Shown one piece after another: positions 36,001-49,189 of a stretch of DNA of 64,000 nt. A program made the position numbers and the translations under genes. Origin of the DNA: Camelus dromedarius (Eukaryota); assembly GCF_036321535.1 (NCBI RefSeq), contig NC_087466.1, positions 2,294,001 through 2,358,000 on the forward strand, in the 5' to 3' direction. The number at the start of each line of letters is the position of its first letter. Position 1 is the first letter of the stretch. A model generated the notes under the pieces. It was given only the letters and a program-made list of their open reading frames with translations. It was not told the DNA's origin and did not search any database.

Positions 36001-37730
36001 CACTGTACCCATGGCCAGGGGAGCCAGAGGTGAGCACGGTCTGGGCAAAGGATGGCGGGCGTCTGTGTGGTGTGCATGAGAGCTCAGTGAGCTTGAGGGA
36101 AGCACATCCAGGAAGAGGAGGCGAGGGCTGGGCCAAGGGCAGTGGGGGTGGCAGTGGCCAGGATCTCAAGGGGCTAGGTGGTCCCCATCGTGGAGAGGGA
36201 GCCTTCCAAGTGTCAAAGGCAGGGGCTGGCAGGCTCAGCCTGGCTGCCCTGTGGAGGGCACCTGGGGACTCTCCAGAAGACCACAGCCCCATCCAGGTAC
36301 AGTGAGGGCAGAAGAGCAAACTGTCAGGAAATGGAATGATCAGGAGGGAGGGACAGGAGGGCGTCAGGCTGGGTCCGGCTTCAGCGCTGGTGGACATCAT
36401 CGGATAACAAGAGGCCACGTGGAGAGAGGGACATGATTTCTCTCTGGACGTGGTAGGGTGCACTCAGGAGGTGGCTGTGCTCAGGGCAAGTGGTCACCAG
36501 GGTTACAATTTGGGCATCAGCATGACAGAGGAGGAAACTGAGGCTGGGGACAGTGTGGGTGGAGGGAAAAGGGGTTGGAAATACAGCGTGGGAGGGCCAG
36601 AGAAGGAGCATCTGACAGTGGTGTTCCAGCTCCAAAAGCTCTAGGTGCCGGCCCCCACACCCCTCCCACCCCATACTCAAGCTCAAGCCTTGAGATGATT
36701 CTCTCATGTCCAGAGCAGACTTGGTAAATACATCCCTCTAGCCCGGCTTCCCGACCCATCCTCTCATCCACCTGGAAACCTCTTACATGCCCGAAAGCCT
36801 GGTCCAGACCCCACTCCTCTGTAAGGCCCTTCCCGAGCCTGGCCCTGTGACAGCACCACGCCTCCCCCAGCCTCACACACCTCTCTCCCACACTGCAAGG
36901 GTGCTATTAGAGGTGTCAGCACATAGCAGCCTCACCGAGGCACTTACCTGTGGTGGCTTCACGAAATCAGCCACGTCCCACAGCCGATTCCCCAGCTCCC
37001 TGATCTGGGTCACGGAAACCCCTTTGAGCTTGGTGATGACAGAAGTCTGGGGGTCCAGGTCCTGCTCCTGGTAGCCTTTTTTGGTGAGGAGGGCCCACCT
37101 GGGAAGGAGGTGATGGGCAGTGCTGTGTGTCCCCGGCACACAGCAGATCTGGTCCCCACATGCTCAGACTCTCTCCCCACACCCTATAGGCTCCCAGCCT
37201 GGTGATCAGGGGCTCTACCTCATCTCCATGCATCGGAGAGCCAGTGGGGAGGGAGACCTCATGGGGGTCTCCCGTCAGGCGCCCATAGACTTGGAGATGT
37301 CCACCACCACCTCCTTCACCAGCCAATCTCCTCCTCCTTCCCTGTCTAGATCCTGCTCCCTCCTTAAAGCTAGAACTGGTGGTCTCTACCCGGGCCTTGG
37401 TGCTCCAGCTCTCATGAGAGTCAGGGACTACCTCCTGCCCGATCTGGGGCTTCCTGCTCTGTGCCAAGCCCACCAAGGGGCTGGGAACAAGTCTCCACTA
37501 CCACCAGCCCAGCCCCTGAAGAATCAAACCCTCACCCCAGCCCAGCAGGACCAGCCATGCTCCCTCCGGCCAGCATGCTGGGAGCCGTTCTCTTACCCCA
37601 CCACGTAGACCACGACCCCCAGCTGCAGCAGCCTCTGCAGGGCGCCCACCCGCCAGTTCCGGGTCATCACATACTTCTCCGTTTTATAATCCAGAAGCCC
37701 CCAGCCCACTGCGGTCCCAGCGAAGCCCAT
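30010..37730 (-). CDS. P2RX6: P2X purinoceptor 6, 393 aa predicted
   Basis: 12 exons: 37597-37730, 36948-37098, 35639-35710, 33357-33432, 33127-33220, 32959-33039, 32740-32881, 32540-32649, 30555-30648, 30412-30477, 30182-30259 and 30010-30093, total 1182 nt, phases consistent. Motifs [27 protein letters not shown] and the ectodomain cysteines are present. Confidence 0.94.
31196..31252 (+). repeat. Imperfect (GT)n microsatellite; a second (GT)n lies at ~32327-32342
   Basis: Direct reading. Confidence 0.85.
31360..31830 (+). mobile_element. 5'-truncated LINE-1 3' end in P2RX6 intron 8
   Basis: atacaatggaatactactcagccgtaaaaaaatgaaataatgccatttgcagcaacgtggatgaacctggagatgatcctaagtgaagtaagtcag, ending in aaaccaactacacttagaaaaaaa. 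Confidence 0.85.
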
Positions 37731-37759
37731 GCTCCCAGCTCCTGCTGGCGCCTGGGGTG

Positions 37760-38610
37760 CATGAGTCAGCACAGCAGCTGCAGCCACAGCTGAACAGGAG
37801 GTAAAGCAGGCGCCAAGCCAGGTCAAGCCAGCCACTATTAAAGGGACACTTCCACCTAGGGCAGGCCTCCACTTCCCAGCCCTGGGATCAGGCCCAACCC
37901 CCAGCTGCTCTGGGCCTCCCACCCACTGCAGCCTCCCTCCACCCGGTCCTGGGCACGCAGAGAGGAGCAGTCTCTGTCCCTTGCCCTCTGGCCTCACTCC
38001 TTGGGGTGATGACAGGTGGGTTAGGTACTGTGTGGGCAGCACGGGGCCAGCAGGAGAGGATAAGGAAAGCTTCAGGAAGAAGTGACCTCTGAGCTGACAT
38101 TTGCAGATCCTGAAGTTCAACGAGCAGAGTTGGGGAGGAATGTTCTTGGTGGAGGGAGCAACATTTGCGATGCTAGAGCATGAGAGAAAACTGGGACCCA
38201 CAGAGTGAGAGCGTGACTAGCTCGCGAGAGGAGGGGCGGGGCCCTGCATGGCCCCAAGGCCTTCTGTGCTATGCCCTCGACGAGCTGCTCCACCTGCAGG
38301 CTCTGGAGTGGAAAGGGGGCGATGCTGGAGCCTCCTGGGGCGGCGAAGAGACAAGTCAGTCGGTCCTGGCTGCTCACGGGTCTAGGTCAGCCCAGGCCGG
38401 CGGCGGTATCCGCAGCAACCAACAACTCGGAGTTGCCAGGGCGACTGCTGCGGGAGGCGTCTTATTGGCCGCAGCGGGCGCCTGTTCGCCGGACGCCACC
38501 TCCGATTGGTCAACGGGCCGGAGGGTCCGCCCACATTCCCGGCGCCAGGCTCTCCGTGCAGCGCCGCGCAGTCCCGCTTTGGTGTGCGCGACTGCCAAGT
38601 GGGAGTAACC
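37760..38610. promoter_or_regulatory. Divergent promoter region shared by P2RX6 (-) and LRRC74B (+)
   Basis: ATGs are 880 nt apart. CpG island ~38200-38900; CAGCTG E-boxes at 37775, 37787 and 37902 on the P2RX6 side; X-box-like sites at 38406-38419 and 38432-38445 and CCAAT boxes (~38464, ~38505) on the LRRC74B side. Confidence 0.65.
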
Positions 38611-41600
38611 ATGAGGACTCCCTGCGAGGGGCCTGGAGAGGAGGAGCAGGAGGAAGGGGCGGTGGCAAACACTGGGCGTCCTGAAGGGGTGCCAGAGGCC
38701 CAGGAGGGTTCGGACTCGGATTTGGACTCCGACCTGGAGACGGAAGGTGCTTCCGGGCGGGGGGGCTGGCTGGGGCCGAGTGGGCAGGGGACCCGGTCCA
38801 GCAGGAGCGCATCCCTCTGTTGGATACCCTCGGGGCAGCCAGTGGCCGTTCCAGCCCCGTGCCCTCCGCTCAATGCTCCTGGCGGCATCAAGAGTTCCAC
38901 CATTACAACAGGATTCCAGAATGTTACCAAGCAAAAATCTTGCCAGTGTAAGATGGGCTGTCCCACCCTAAAATGGAATGAATCAGGGCTGGGTTTTCCC
39001 AACCGTCAGGAAAAACTAAGCTAAGCAATGCATAGAACTTAGAATTAGTTCAGTCTCCTCCCCCATAAAATGTTCACAAAGCATGTGTGTTCTACAGTCC
39101 AGTAGAAGACAGTTCACATTTTGGGGTTGGACAGGAAGGGTAGAGCCAGGATTAGTGACTATAAGCTGTGTGACATTGGGGGAAAGATCTGCCTTCTCTG
39201 AGGCTCGATGTCCTCATCTGTATTTGGGGGCAATAGTCCCTACTAGCACAGGCTGGGCAGTGACAGAGGCAGGGGAGGTGGCTGTGCTGGGGAGGAGTCT
39301 ACAATGGTCCCCTCTCTCCTTTCAGGCACCCATGGGCTTCAAGAATGGGTCAAGGACACCCTCTATCTGAGGTCTTGCCGGGCCCACGGTGTCGTGCCTG
39401 CCTCCTGCTTTCTGCGCCAAGGGAGCACCCCAGAGCTCAACCTGCAGCACCGTGGCCTGGGGCCCCAGGTACCCCTAGAGGGACCCTGGGGCCAGGGTTG
39501 GAGGACAGGGACTCAGGAGGCAGCAGTCATGGGCGTGGTCCCTTCTTGAGCCCATCCCACACACACCCCGGGTTTGCTCTGTGCCAGGCATGTCCCAGCC
39601 CCCATATCTGGGTGACAGGTGGTATCAGGGCTATGACAGAGTTCAGTATAAGGGCTGGAGAGCCTGCAGGGAGCCTCTAACCTTCTGGGGAGTCAGGGAG
39701 GGATCCAGGAGGTGAGATGTGGGTGAAGCCTAGAAAAAGCTGGTGTCACTGGGCATGTGGGAAGGGAAAGGCCTTCCATCTGGAGGGCACTGAGTGGGCC
39801 GAGCCCTGGAAACAGAGCCAGGGTAGTGGCAGCTGTGTCTGGGGCCTTCAGCCCTGGGAAGAGCCGGGCTCCTCAGGCCCCTCTCTGTCCTAGGGGGCCC
39901 GGGCTCTGGCTTCTGCACTGACCTCCAACCCCTACATCAAGCGGCTGGACCTTCGGGACAATGGGCTCTGTGGGCCCGGTGCAGAGGCCCTGGCAGGTGC
40001 TCTGAGCAAAAGCAGCAGCATCTGTGGTAGGTGCTGAGCCTGGGACAGGAGGGCAGGCTGCCCCACACTGAGCCTTCTCACCCGGGGGCCTCCTCCCTGG
40101 GTGGGGAGGGAGGGGTGGAGTTAGACCCACCCCGTGCTGGACCCCCGACTCCCGCAGACGGTGGCCTCCTAGTGCCTGAATGCAGGGTGGGAGAGTGCTT
40201 CTGCACAGAGGGGCAGGGCTGGGCAGTGAGAGAGGAGGAAGGGCTGGACCTAAATGCCACCTCTGCCACGGAAGCGCGGGTGACGCTGGGCAAGGAGCTC
40301 AACCTCACTGAGCCTCAGCTTCCAATCTGTTAAATAACCCCAGTCATCAATGCCACTTAGCCCTTGGGGATGTGGGGGACACATCTCAGTAGTGTCTGCT
40401 CACATAAAAGCTCCCTGCACAGACACCGGGACACTGCCTGTGTCTGGAAATGGGGCAGCGGGGGCTTCCCTGGGAGGGTTATGTTGCTGCCAGGCAAGAC
40501 TCATCAGCAGGGGGCTGCATGTATGTATGTCACAGACATCCTCCACGACACTAGGATGAGGTGGTTTTAGCTCTTTGACAAAGCTTGTGGATACATGGGG
40601 TGGGCATGGGGGTCTGGGAGGCTGCCTGGGGCCTGAGGGGACCCAGCCAGTGGGTGGCAGGCAGAGTCACCATGCTGCTGAGGACAGCAAAGCTGTCCTG
40701 CTGCAAAGCTCTCTCTGCTGCTGTGGGCCTGGAAGGTTCAGGGGACGGAGGAGGGTGGCACCTGGCTGTGTATCCCACTCACTGAGGAGTGGTGCTGGCC
40801 CCCAGATGTGGACCTGTCAGAGAACCAGCTGGGAGCAGTGGGAGCCCAGGCTGTCTGCTCCGCCCTGGTGGTGAACCCAGCCATGCAGAAGGTACAGCTG
40901 GCAGGGAACGACCTGGAGGAGCAGGCGGCCCAGTACCTTGCTGAACTCCTGGTGGCCCACACAGGCCTGAAATCCCTGGACCTGAGCTACAACCAGCTGA
41001 ATGACCAAGCAGGTAACATCTGGCCACAGACCAGGGCCAGGATGGTGGCACTTACGTGAGTGGAGGTTGGCAGGACCACTCAGAGCATCAGTGCTCTGGC
41101 TTCTGCTCCCTAGGGATCCAGCCATGAACAAAGCAAATTCCCTGACCTCAAGGAACACACATTAACAAGCTAACTCTCCATCATCATTGGTGCTACACTA
41201 GAAACAAATAGGGCATGATTCTAGAGAAGAATGGGAACCCTCAGCTTCAGAGGTGACAGGGGAGGACTCTGGGAGGAGGTGACATTTAAACTGAATGTGC
41301 AGAGGGGAAGGAATCAACCATGAAAAGACCAGAGGGAGAGCATTTCAAACAGAGGAATGATTTCCCAGACAGTGTGACTGTGCTACTGAGAGATGGGCCA
41401 GGCTGTGGGGTGGAGAGGCAACAAGGCCTTAGGACTACAAATCATGGCAAAAGGCATGAAGATTTTATTCCAAGTGCTGTAGAGGACATCAATGGGATTC
41501 CTTGATCTCACCACTTTCTCTTATGCCCCCAGGGTCTTTGCATGAGATGTCTGCTTTACCAGGAACATGCAGTTCTATCTGCCTGTCCTCAACTACCCTA

Positions 41601-44600
41601 ATCAATTATAAGAATCACCTGGGACCCTGGGTTAGGAATACAAATTCCACGACCCTGGACCTACTGAACCTCTGAATCCTCTTGGGGGGTGCCTGTGTAT
41701 CTGGATTTTAACAGATGCCCCCAGGAGACTTGTCTGATCCAGAAAGTTCGGGAATCACTGCTCTCTCTGCTTAGAGCAGTGGGGTGGCACCAGCCTTGGC
41801 TTGTAAGAATTAGCCCTGGAGTTTAACTGCCAGAGAACCAGTCTGCCTTGTAAGAAAATCGTTGTGGGAAGTCAATGAAAGTAAAAGAAAAGCTCACTTC
41901 AGACTTTCAACTAATTACTAGGTCAGGGGGCCAGCTCCAGGGGCAGCGAGAATGCAGGGGGCTGGAAGGCTGCACAGTAGGGTTGGGGTTTGGCCTGGAA
42001 AAGGACAGACTCAGCAGGACCATTTTGTTTCCCCAAGGGGGGCTCTGTGGGTGGGCCCGACTCCCTTAGAGGTGAAGGAGCTTGGGTCTCAGTCTCCCCA
42101 CCTGACCCAAGGCGGGGGTAGCACCTACCTCATAGTTTGGCCGCAAGAGTCACGAAGAACGAGCTACAAGAGCCGGATTCATGGGTAGAACCTTCTCACC
42201 CCTGAGCTGTTCAGCAGAGAGGCTTCCCTTCAAAGTGGCGGACCGCCACCCTCTTCTCTCAGCTCTGAAAGTGTCTGAGAACCGGCGTGTGTTAGACCCA
42301 GTGCCTGGAGCCGCGTCCCAGCAAGTCCTCACTGCCCCGCGGGGAGCTCTCCAAGGTGCTGACACTGCCGTGCACTGTGCGTGTCTTCAAACCAGCCTCG
42401 GTAGGCCTGTGCTCGGTGCCGGTACCACGGAGAGGGGTCAGATTCAGATCCCCGAGAGAGACTCCCAGCTAGGGAGGTCTCATGCCCAGAACCTGGAAGG
42501 ATGGAAGCACAGTGGACATGGGGTCCAAGGAGGTCCCACCCAGCCCAGCCAGGCAAGCAAGGCTTCCTGGATGGGGGTGAGGAGCTCTCAGCCACGTGAA
42601 GAAGGGGGTCAACTGTCCCACACGGGGTCGGGGTGGGGGTGGGGAGCAGCTGGAGGCTGAGAACCGGGAGCAGGTCTGAACGTTGAGAGTGGATAGCGGG
42701 GCTTCTGCCTATCTTACAGGTAAAACATCTCTCAGGGTTTCTAACCCACACAGCCCACTCTTTCCTGTTCACCACCACCTCCTCTGCACTGGCCTTATCA
42801 CCTCTTGCCTAGACTGTTGCATAAACCTTCCAGCTAGTCCCCTGGCCTCTTGTCTCTGCCCTATCTGAATCTTCTCTCTTGTTTTGTTTTAAATGGAGGT
42901 ACTGGGGATTGAAGCCAGGACCTTGTGCATGCTAAGCATTAACTCTTCCACTGAGCTACACCCTCCACCCACTCTGTCTCTTAAAGAATCTTTCGAGTGC
43001 CCATCAAGCCTACCTCTTTTCACCAGCCTTCCCCACCCGTACCAGCACCAGGTCTCATGCACTTTCTCAAGTCTTGTGTTCCCCATCCGCTCTTTCCTGG
43101 GCCCACTCTCCATGGTGGCTGCACACGGGCGTGGTGAGTCCCTCAGTCTTCAAGGTTCTCTACACTTTCCTGACCACCCCCTCTACTGGCAGGGTTAGCC
43201 CCAACTCTGTTCCCACATCTCCCTGTTTGCAGTCTACAATAACTCACATCCCATTAATTTGTATTTATAGCTTCTCTGTTAAATGTGACTTCCTTGTGAG
43301 CAGGGCAGGCCCACGTTGGGCTCAACTCCCTGACCCTCGTGCACAGCAGAGACCCTGGCCCACAGCAAACATTGGCGTCATTTTTTGAATCTTGGTGTTT
43401 CTTAAGGAGAGATGCTTGGACCAGCCCTGGCGGAAAACACAGGACTCACTGAGCTTAACATAAGCTGGAATCACCTGAGAGGCCCAGGAGCCTTAGCCTT
43501 TGCCAGGGGACTGGAGGTATGAGGCCCCTGCCCAGTTAGCCCCTCCCGCCTGTCCTTTGGGGGCAGGTCTCCCAGGAGCCAGCCCCCCATCTTTGCAGCT
43601 TTTCAGAAATGAGCCTTGGATCTTTTCTGCAGAGCTTGGGTGACTTTCATTTTCCTGGGTCCATTTAATGATGACAATGTCTGGTATCCTGTACCTGTCC
43701 TCACATCCTCAGTGAGGGGTCCACACTTAATGTCACACAGCTCCCCAGACACTCGACTGGAGGTACACCACGCAGGCTGGTGATGCACACTTGCTACTGG
43801 GCATACGCAGCTGCTTCCCTGAGATGACAGCCCTGCACCCCGGGATCCCAGCACACACCCTCGAACCCCCACCTGCTCACCTGGGTCCTGTGGTTCGTGG
43901 GCCTCAGGAGTGGATGGGAGGGGTGTCTGAGATGCTTCCGGTGCCAGCTGCCTCTGTGGGACCCTCCTCAGGAAATGGCAGCTGCTGCCTTGCTCTCCCA
44001 CAGGGCTGACCTGGGGTCTTGCCCCTGACGTGGCAGGTCAGGCTCTGTCTCCCCAGGGCACCTACGAGCTCTGCTCTTCTCCCCATCACAGTCCCCAAGA
44101 CAGGTTAATCAAACAGCCTCGAGGTCTGTGACCTTAAGAGGCCCGTGGCCGAGAACCCAGTCCAAGGCTCATTTACATCCTCATCCTCCCTCTGTGCTGT
44201 GCTTCTGGCCTTTCAGCTCCACCGCTTACCCTCGTCCAAGCCCCAGGGCTCTTCCCTGGAACCTCTGTCCTCTCCCGCTCTCAGCCCATGCTCTTTGCTC
44301 CTCATGCATTTCCACAAGCCCTGTGTTCCCCAGGCCCCCCCAGCATCCTGGGCTCAGAGGCCGTGGCCCTGGCTCCCTCCACCATCACCTGTGGTCCCAC
44401 AGCTTCGCTCCTTTGCATCCCAGGCAAACATCTTCCTGAGGGTCCTGGACATCTCGTACAATGGCTGCGGAGATACCGGAGCCTCTGCGCTGGGGGGAGC
44501 TCTCAAGACCAACAACATGCTGGAGGAGCTCATCATGAGGTGAGAGCACTGGGGCCCGCGCCCCAGCCTCCGGGCCCATGGCCACCCAGGGACCCGTGCC

Positions 44601-47600
44601 CATCTTGCTGCTGCTACCCCCCCGTGGCGCCCCGACCTGCCCCGAGCACTCAGGGTGGGCTGCGGCCATGGTCTGGGCATGCCCAGCTCTGTCCTTCTCA
44701 CTCCAGTTCATCGTTTGTACATTGAGACTCATAATTCCTGCCGTGTGGGCTGGGGGCTGGGAAGTGCAAACTTGTAAAGCATCTTCAGTGGAGCCTGGTG
44801 TGGATGGACGCTTCACACAAGTGGTCCTCCCTTCAGAGGGAATGGTCTGCCTGCTCAGCACACGGCTGCGGAGGGCCCGCCCTGTGTGACCTGCTGGGGT
44901 CTCCGTGTGTGAGCTGCCCCTCCAGGCCGAGGCCTCTGCGGGAAACTGGAACAGGGACCCTAAGCCCAGAGGGAAGAAAAACAGTAGAGGCCAAGCAAGT
45001 CACAAGCCACCATGGCTGAGCCCCACGCCTGGGTTGTCTGAGTGAGCGGAGCCTGCCCACCAGGGCGAGAACATCTGCTCAGTCCTGCCCACTTTTCCTC
45101 CCCATGTAAGGAGCCACCGCCAGAGGAGGCCACAAGAGATGCTGCAAGTCAGGGCTGAGCTGGGGTCTAAGGAGTTAGAGGGAAGTGGGGCTGGCCCTGG
45201 AGACTGGAGTCTGGGCCAAGCAGGAGCAGGAGGAGGAGGTGGGGAGGGAACTGGGTGGTGGGACGTGGGAGCAATCTGCGGGGCTGCTCGCAGTGTGGCT
45301 CAAGGCACATGCCTTTCTGTTGCAGCAACAACCGCATCTCTGCCGCAGGAGCCCTGAGCCTGGGCCTGGGCCTGCGGGTCAACCGGACATTGAGAATTCT
45401 TGTGGTGAGTGCAAGGCCTGCCTGTGCCCATCCACAGATCCCTCCCACACCATGGCTCCTCACCCCAGTGGCTACAAGTGCATGGGTTCTGGAGCCCAGA
45501 TGGGGGAGTGGGCCCCTGGCTTCCTCTTGCGACTACTTCTCCCCCTTGTCATCCACTCGCCCATCTCTGGCCTAGCCCACGACCTCCTTCAGACTCCTTC
45601 CCCCCATCCTTCCCTCCCAGGGCATCACCAGCCTCTGGGCCATCCCTCCTGCTCAGCCCACTGGAGCCATGCTCTGCTGAAGATGGCCAGGGCCACTCGG
45701 CTTCCCTTCACCTTCCCCCTGCTCTTCCTCTGGCCCTGCTGGGAAGAAGAGGCGGCCCAGGTGTGCTGATGGCCAGGCTCACACCTACCTGGGGCCCTGT
45801 GTGTGCAGCAGGGGTTCCCTTCCTCCAGGGCTGCCAGTAGGGAGGAAGCAGCTGAGCAGCCTGAGAGCAGAAGACAGAAAAGGGAGAGTGGAGCCCTGTG
45901 CCAGCAGCGTGAGCTCAGCAGACAGTACCACCAGCTCCAGGGGGCATCTGGCCCTGCCTGGCCCTCAACTGGGATAGGGGCCCCCTGCAGGACCCCCTTC
46001 CCTAGCCTGAGGCTCACTCCTCTCCTGACCACCTATCTAGAGCCCAGACCCCTCTCTTGAGCTCTGGGTCCCCCAGCAACCTGCTAAAGAGTCCCCCAGA
46101 TGGAAATAGGCCCTCGGATTCTGGGAGGTGAAACTGAACACACCTTCCTCCTCCAAGGGCTGCCTCTAGATGGGGGCCCCTTCCCATCAAGTCAGAAGCT
46201 GGGGCCTGTGTTTGCCCCTCCCTGTCCCTCCACTCTCTCCCTCCTTCATCTCACCTCCTGTAGAGCACCCAGACTGCCTGCTCCTCCTCACTTTCTGTCC
46301 ACACGCTGCTTTCCCTTCTCTGATCCTGTTTTCCCACCTGCTACAGGTGATCTTTCTAAACCAGAAACGTGCCCCTGCTTTAAACCTATCGGCGGCTCCC
46401 CTCTGGATGAATCCAAGCTTAGTGCGTCATTCCCAGCACGTGAGCTCTGGGCCCCACCAGCCCCACGCTCCCTGCCGCCTCGATGCTCATCACTTTCAGG
46501 CCCAGCTGCCAGCCATCCTCCCGCCTCACCATGCAATTTCTCAGCCCTCCTTGGCTCCTGCAGCTCCCCTTGCTGAAATGCCCAGCTCCACCCACGTCAC
46601 CTGTAAAGCACAGAGCAGGTGTTTTAGCCCCCGCCCACCCTTTACTTCCCAGGAAGAGTTGGTGCACTTCTCATATTGCACTTTTATACTTCCTTTCCTC
46701 TCCTCCCCACAATGGTGAGCTCTCTAAGGGTAGGGTGTGTCTTGTGTGTCCAGATTATTGGTTCCCGGCACAGAGTGAGGGTTCAGCCAGTGTCCACCCC
46801 TTTCCTCTCTTCCCCAGCTCGCAACCTCACCCAGGGCATTGCATCCGTCCAAGGGAGGGGCCTTCTGGGCTGAGAGCGCGGGACCACCTCTACGGCACAG
46901 CATCAGAGATGAGGAACAGCCCCCACTCTTCCCTCTCCCATTTGCTCCTGCCTCTCTGGGCTCAGGCTTTCTCACCTGTGTGTGCTTCCTAGGTGTCCAG
47001 GAATCCCATGCGAAGTGAAGGCTGCTTCGGTGTGCTCAAGTCTGTCCAGGCTAATCCCTTCTCTGCCCTAGAATTGCTGGATTTCTCTGTAAGAGCCTCT
47101 CAGAAACCTCATCTCTGATCCTCCCACAGCCCTGGGAGGTATCCTTTTCTCCATTTCAGAGGAAGAAAGTGGGGATTAGAGAAAGAGAGTGCCCAGCGTG
47201 GATACCTGGTGTGGCCTTGTTCTAGTTCCACTCGGGCCTGAATGTAGGTCATGACGCCACTCCAACCACACTCCCACCCCTAAGCGGGGTGCCGCGGTGG
47301 TCCCCCTCGGACCCCTGCTTGGGTTCTTCACTGGCTGAGAGGGCACAATGCTCACTGTTCACTGATGTTTGGATTTGCAGGTTCGGCCCGTGCAAGGCGG
47401 CATCCTCCCCGCCTGGCCAGTGCTGCCTGCAGGTATCCAGTGCTGGAAGGTTCACTTGGGTGGCTGGTGGGAGATTAGGACCCCTTTTCCATTCAATTTT
47501 TCTTTTTGATATGGAAAAAAGTTACTTAAACATTAAACAGTTAAACATTAAGGAGAGAATCCCTAGATACGAACTTTGACGACTCTAATCACGAATCACG

Positions 47601-48888
47601 CCTCATTCTACCTGATTTATTTCAGCCGAGGCTTGAGTCAAAGCCTTTCCAGAAATGTTTTCACAGTTCCAGTCCTTCAGGTTTGGGACAACTGATGTCG
47701 GACATCCTTAGTGTTGCCTTCTACCTGCCTAGTGTCTACAACTCCAAAGCCAGAGACTAGCTTGCCTCGACCATGTTCCTTCTGCTCTGAGAATTCCGGT
47801 CAGCAATGGATTCTACCACTTTAAAAAAAAAACCATAATGATACAAGAAGTCTTCTAGCAAAAATACACGCTCATTCAACATCATGTGTGGTTATTGGAA
47901 GCTTTTCTTATCATGGAATTGCCATAGTGTTTGGAAATAGAGAGGCCTGGGGCCAAATCCTGAGTCCACCAATGTGGGATCTTGGATTCTGAATTAGAGA
48001 CCAACACTGGTCTATGAGCAATGCTCTATATTCCTGTTCCTTAACTGCTATTGTTAGTCCAATCTGAGTAGTGTAGATTTTATCTTGGTTTTAAGGGAGG
48101 CGCTTTGGAATCTTTCCAGTTCACGGGAAGCCCTTCCCAGGACGCAGCTGTGTCTTTGCATGAAGCGGGGCTACTATCTACCGCCCAGGGCCATTGTGAA
48201 GTTAGGATGAGGTGACAGACCCGATGGAGATCCTTGTGCAGGGAAAGACTGGTGCTCAGGGAAAAAGACTCTTCTCCCCAAAACTCTGTTTTCACTTTTT
48301 AAATTGTGAAATATTTATGCCGAAAACCGCACATAGATTTAGGGTGGATCTGCACAAACAGCATACGTCTGTGTAACCAGCCCCCAGATCAAGAACTAGA
48401 ACAGGCCCCCAGCAGCCCCCCTTGACACTCCCCCTTCTGTTTTTTAAAAACTATTTTATAGTTGTTATTGTATTAATTATTTTATTTTGGTGGAGGAGAG
48501 GGGTAATCAGGTTTATTTATATTTGGAGGAGGCACTGGGGATTGAACCCAGGACCTTGTGCATGCTAAGCATGTGCTCTACCACTTGAGCTGTACCCTCC
48601 CCCTCCTTCTCTGTTTTAATAGTTCGGGTTGTGGTGACTTTGCCACGCACAGGAGAGAAGCCACCCTAAAGAGACCTTGTGTGTGTTGATGAAATAGTCC
48701 AGTTCTCAGAAAGTAATAATGTACCACCTTGTAATGGGGTCTCTCCTCAGGATATCCAGGTGAACAGAGAATTTAAGGACCTCGCCAGCTCGTTGAAGGT
48801 AATTCTTCCAGGGCTTTGCATAAAGACTGTGGCCTGCAGAGTAGAGTATGAAAAAGAACTGCTGTCTGTCTCCCGAAGCGCTAAATGA
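38611..48888 (+). CDS. LRRC74B: Leucine-rich repeat-containing protein 74B, 385 aa
   Basis: Exons 38611-38746, 39326-39468, 39894-40026, 40806-41012, 43407-43516, 44424-44539, 45326-45404, 46993-47088 and 48751-48888 total 1158 nt, in phase. RI-like LRRs (LDLRDNGL, VDLSENQL, LDLSYNQL, LNISWNHL, LDISYNG). Confidence 0.92.
39160..41760. mobile_element. Scattered ancient MIR (39160-39260, 40250-40340), L2-like (41080-41480) and MER5A-like (41590-41760) fragments; another MIR at ~35390-35550
   Basis: MIR-core motifs (ctctgaggctcgatgtcctcatctgta; ctcactgagcctcagcttccaatctgt) and MER5A-like agaatcacctgggaccc..gacctactgaa. Confidence 0.55.
42880..42968 (-). mobile_element. tRNA-Ala-derived SINE (vic-1 type)
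   Basis: atggaggtactggggattgaagccaggaccttgtgcatgctaagc..ctgagctacaccctcc. Confidence 0.8.
48470..48603 (-). mobile_element. tRNA-Ala-derived SINE (vic-1 type) with composite tail
   Basis: ggaggcactggggattgaacccaggaccttgtgcatgctaagcatgtgctctaccacttgagctgtaccctcccc. Confidence 0.8.
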
Positions 48889-49189
48889 CTGTGAAGTGTG
48901 GTTTCCTCATCTCCCAGTGGCCACTTCAACTTCAAGATGTCTTTTAACACTTGAGTCTGCACCGAGTACCCATGTCAACCAGGTGGGAATTCCTACTGAG
49001 CCAGCCTGCGTAGTAACTCCACACCTGTGCTAATCCGGGCCTTCCTATGCTCTTACTCATTCATGTAAAACAAACTTGTATTATACGCTGCACATTGAGC
49101 TGGGCACGGGGTCAAAGATGCCCAGTCAAGTCCCTGCCCTGGAGACCTCAGGACACAATTAAAATATAAGGTGGTGTGCAACTATCACT

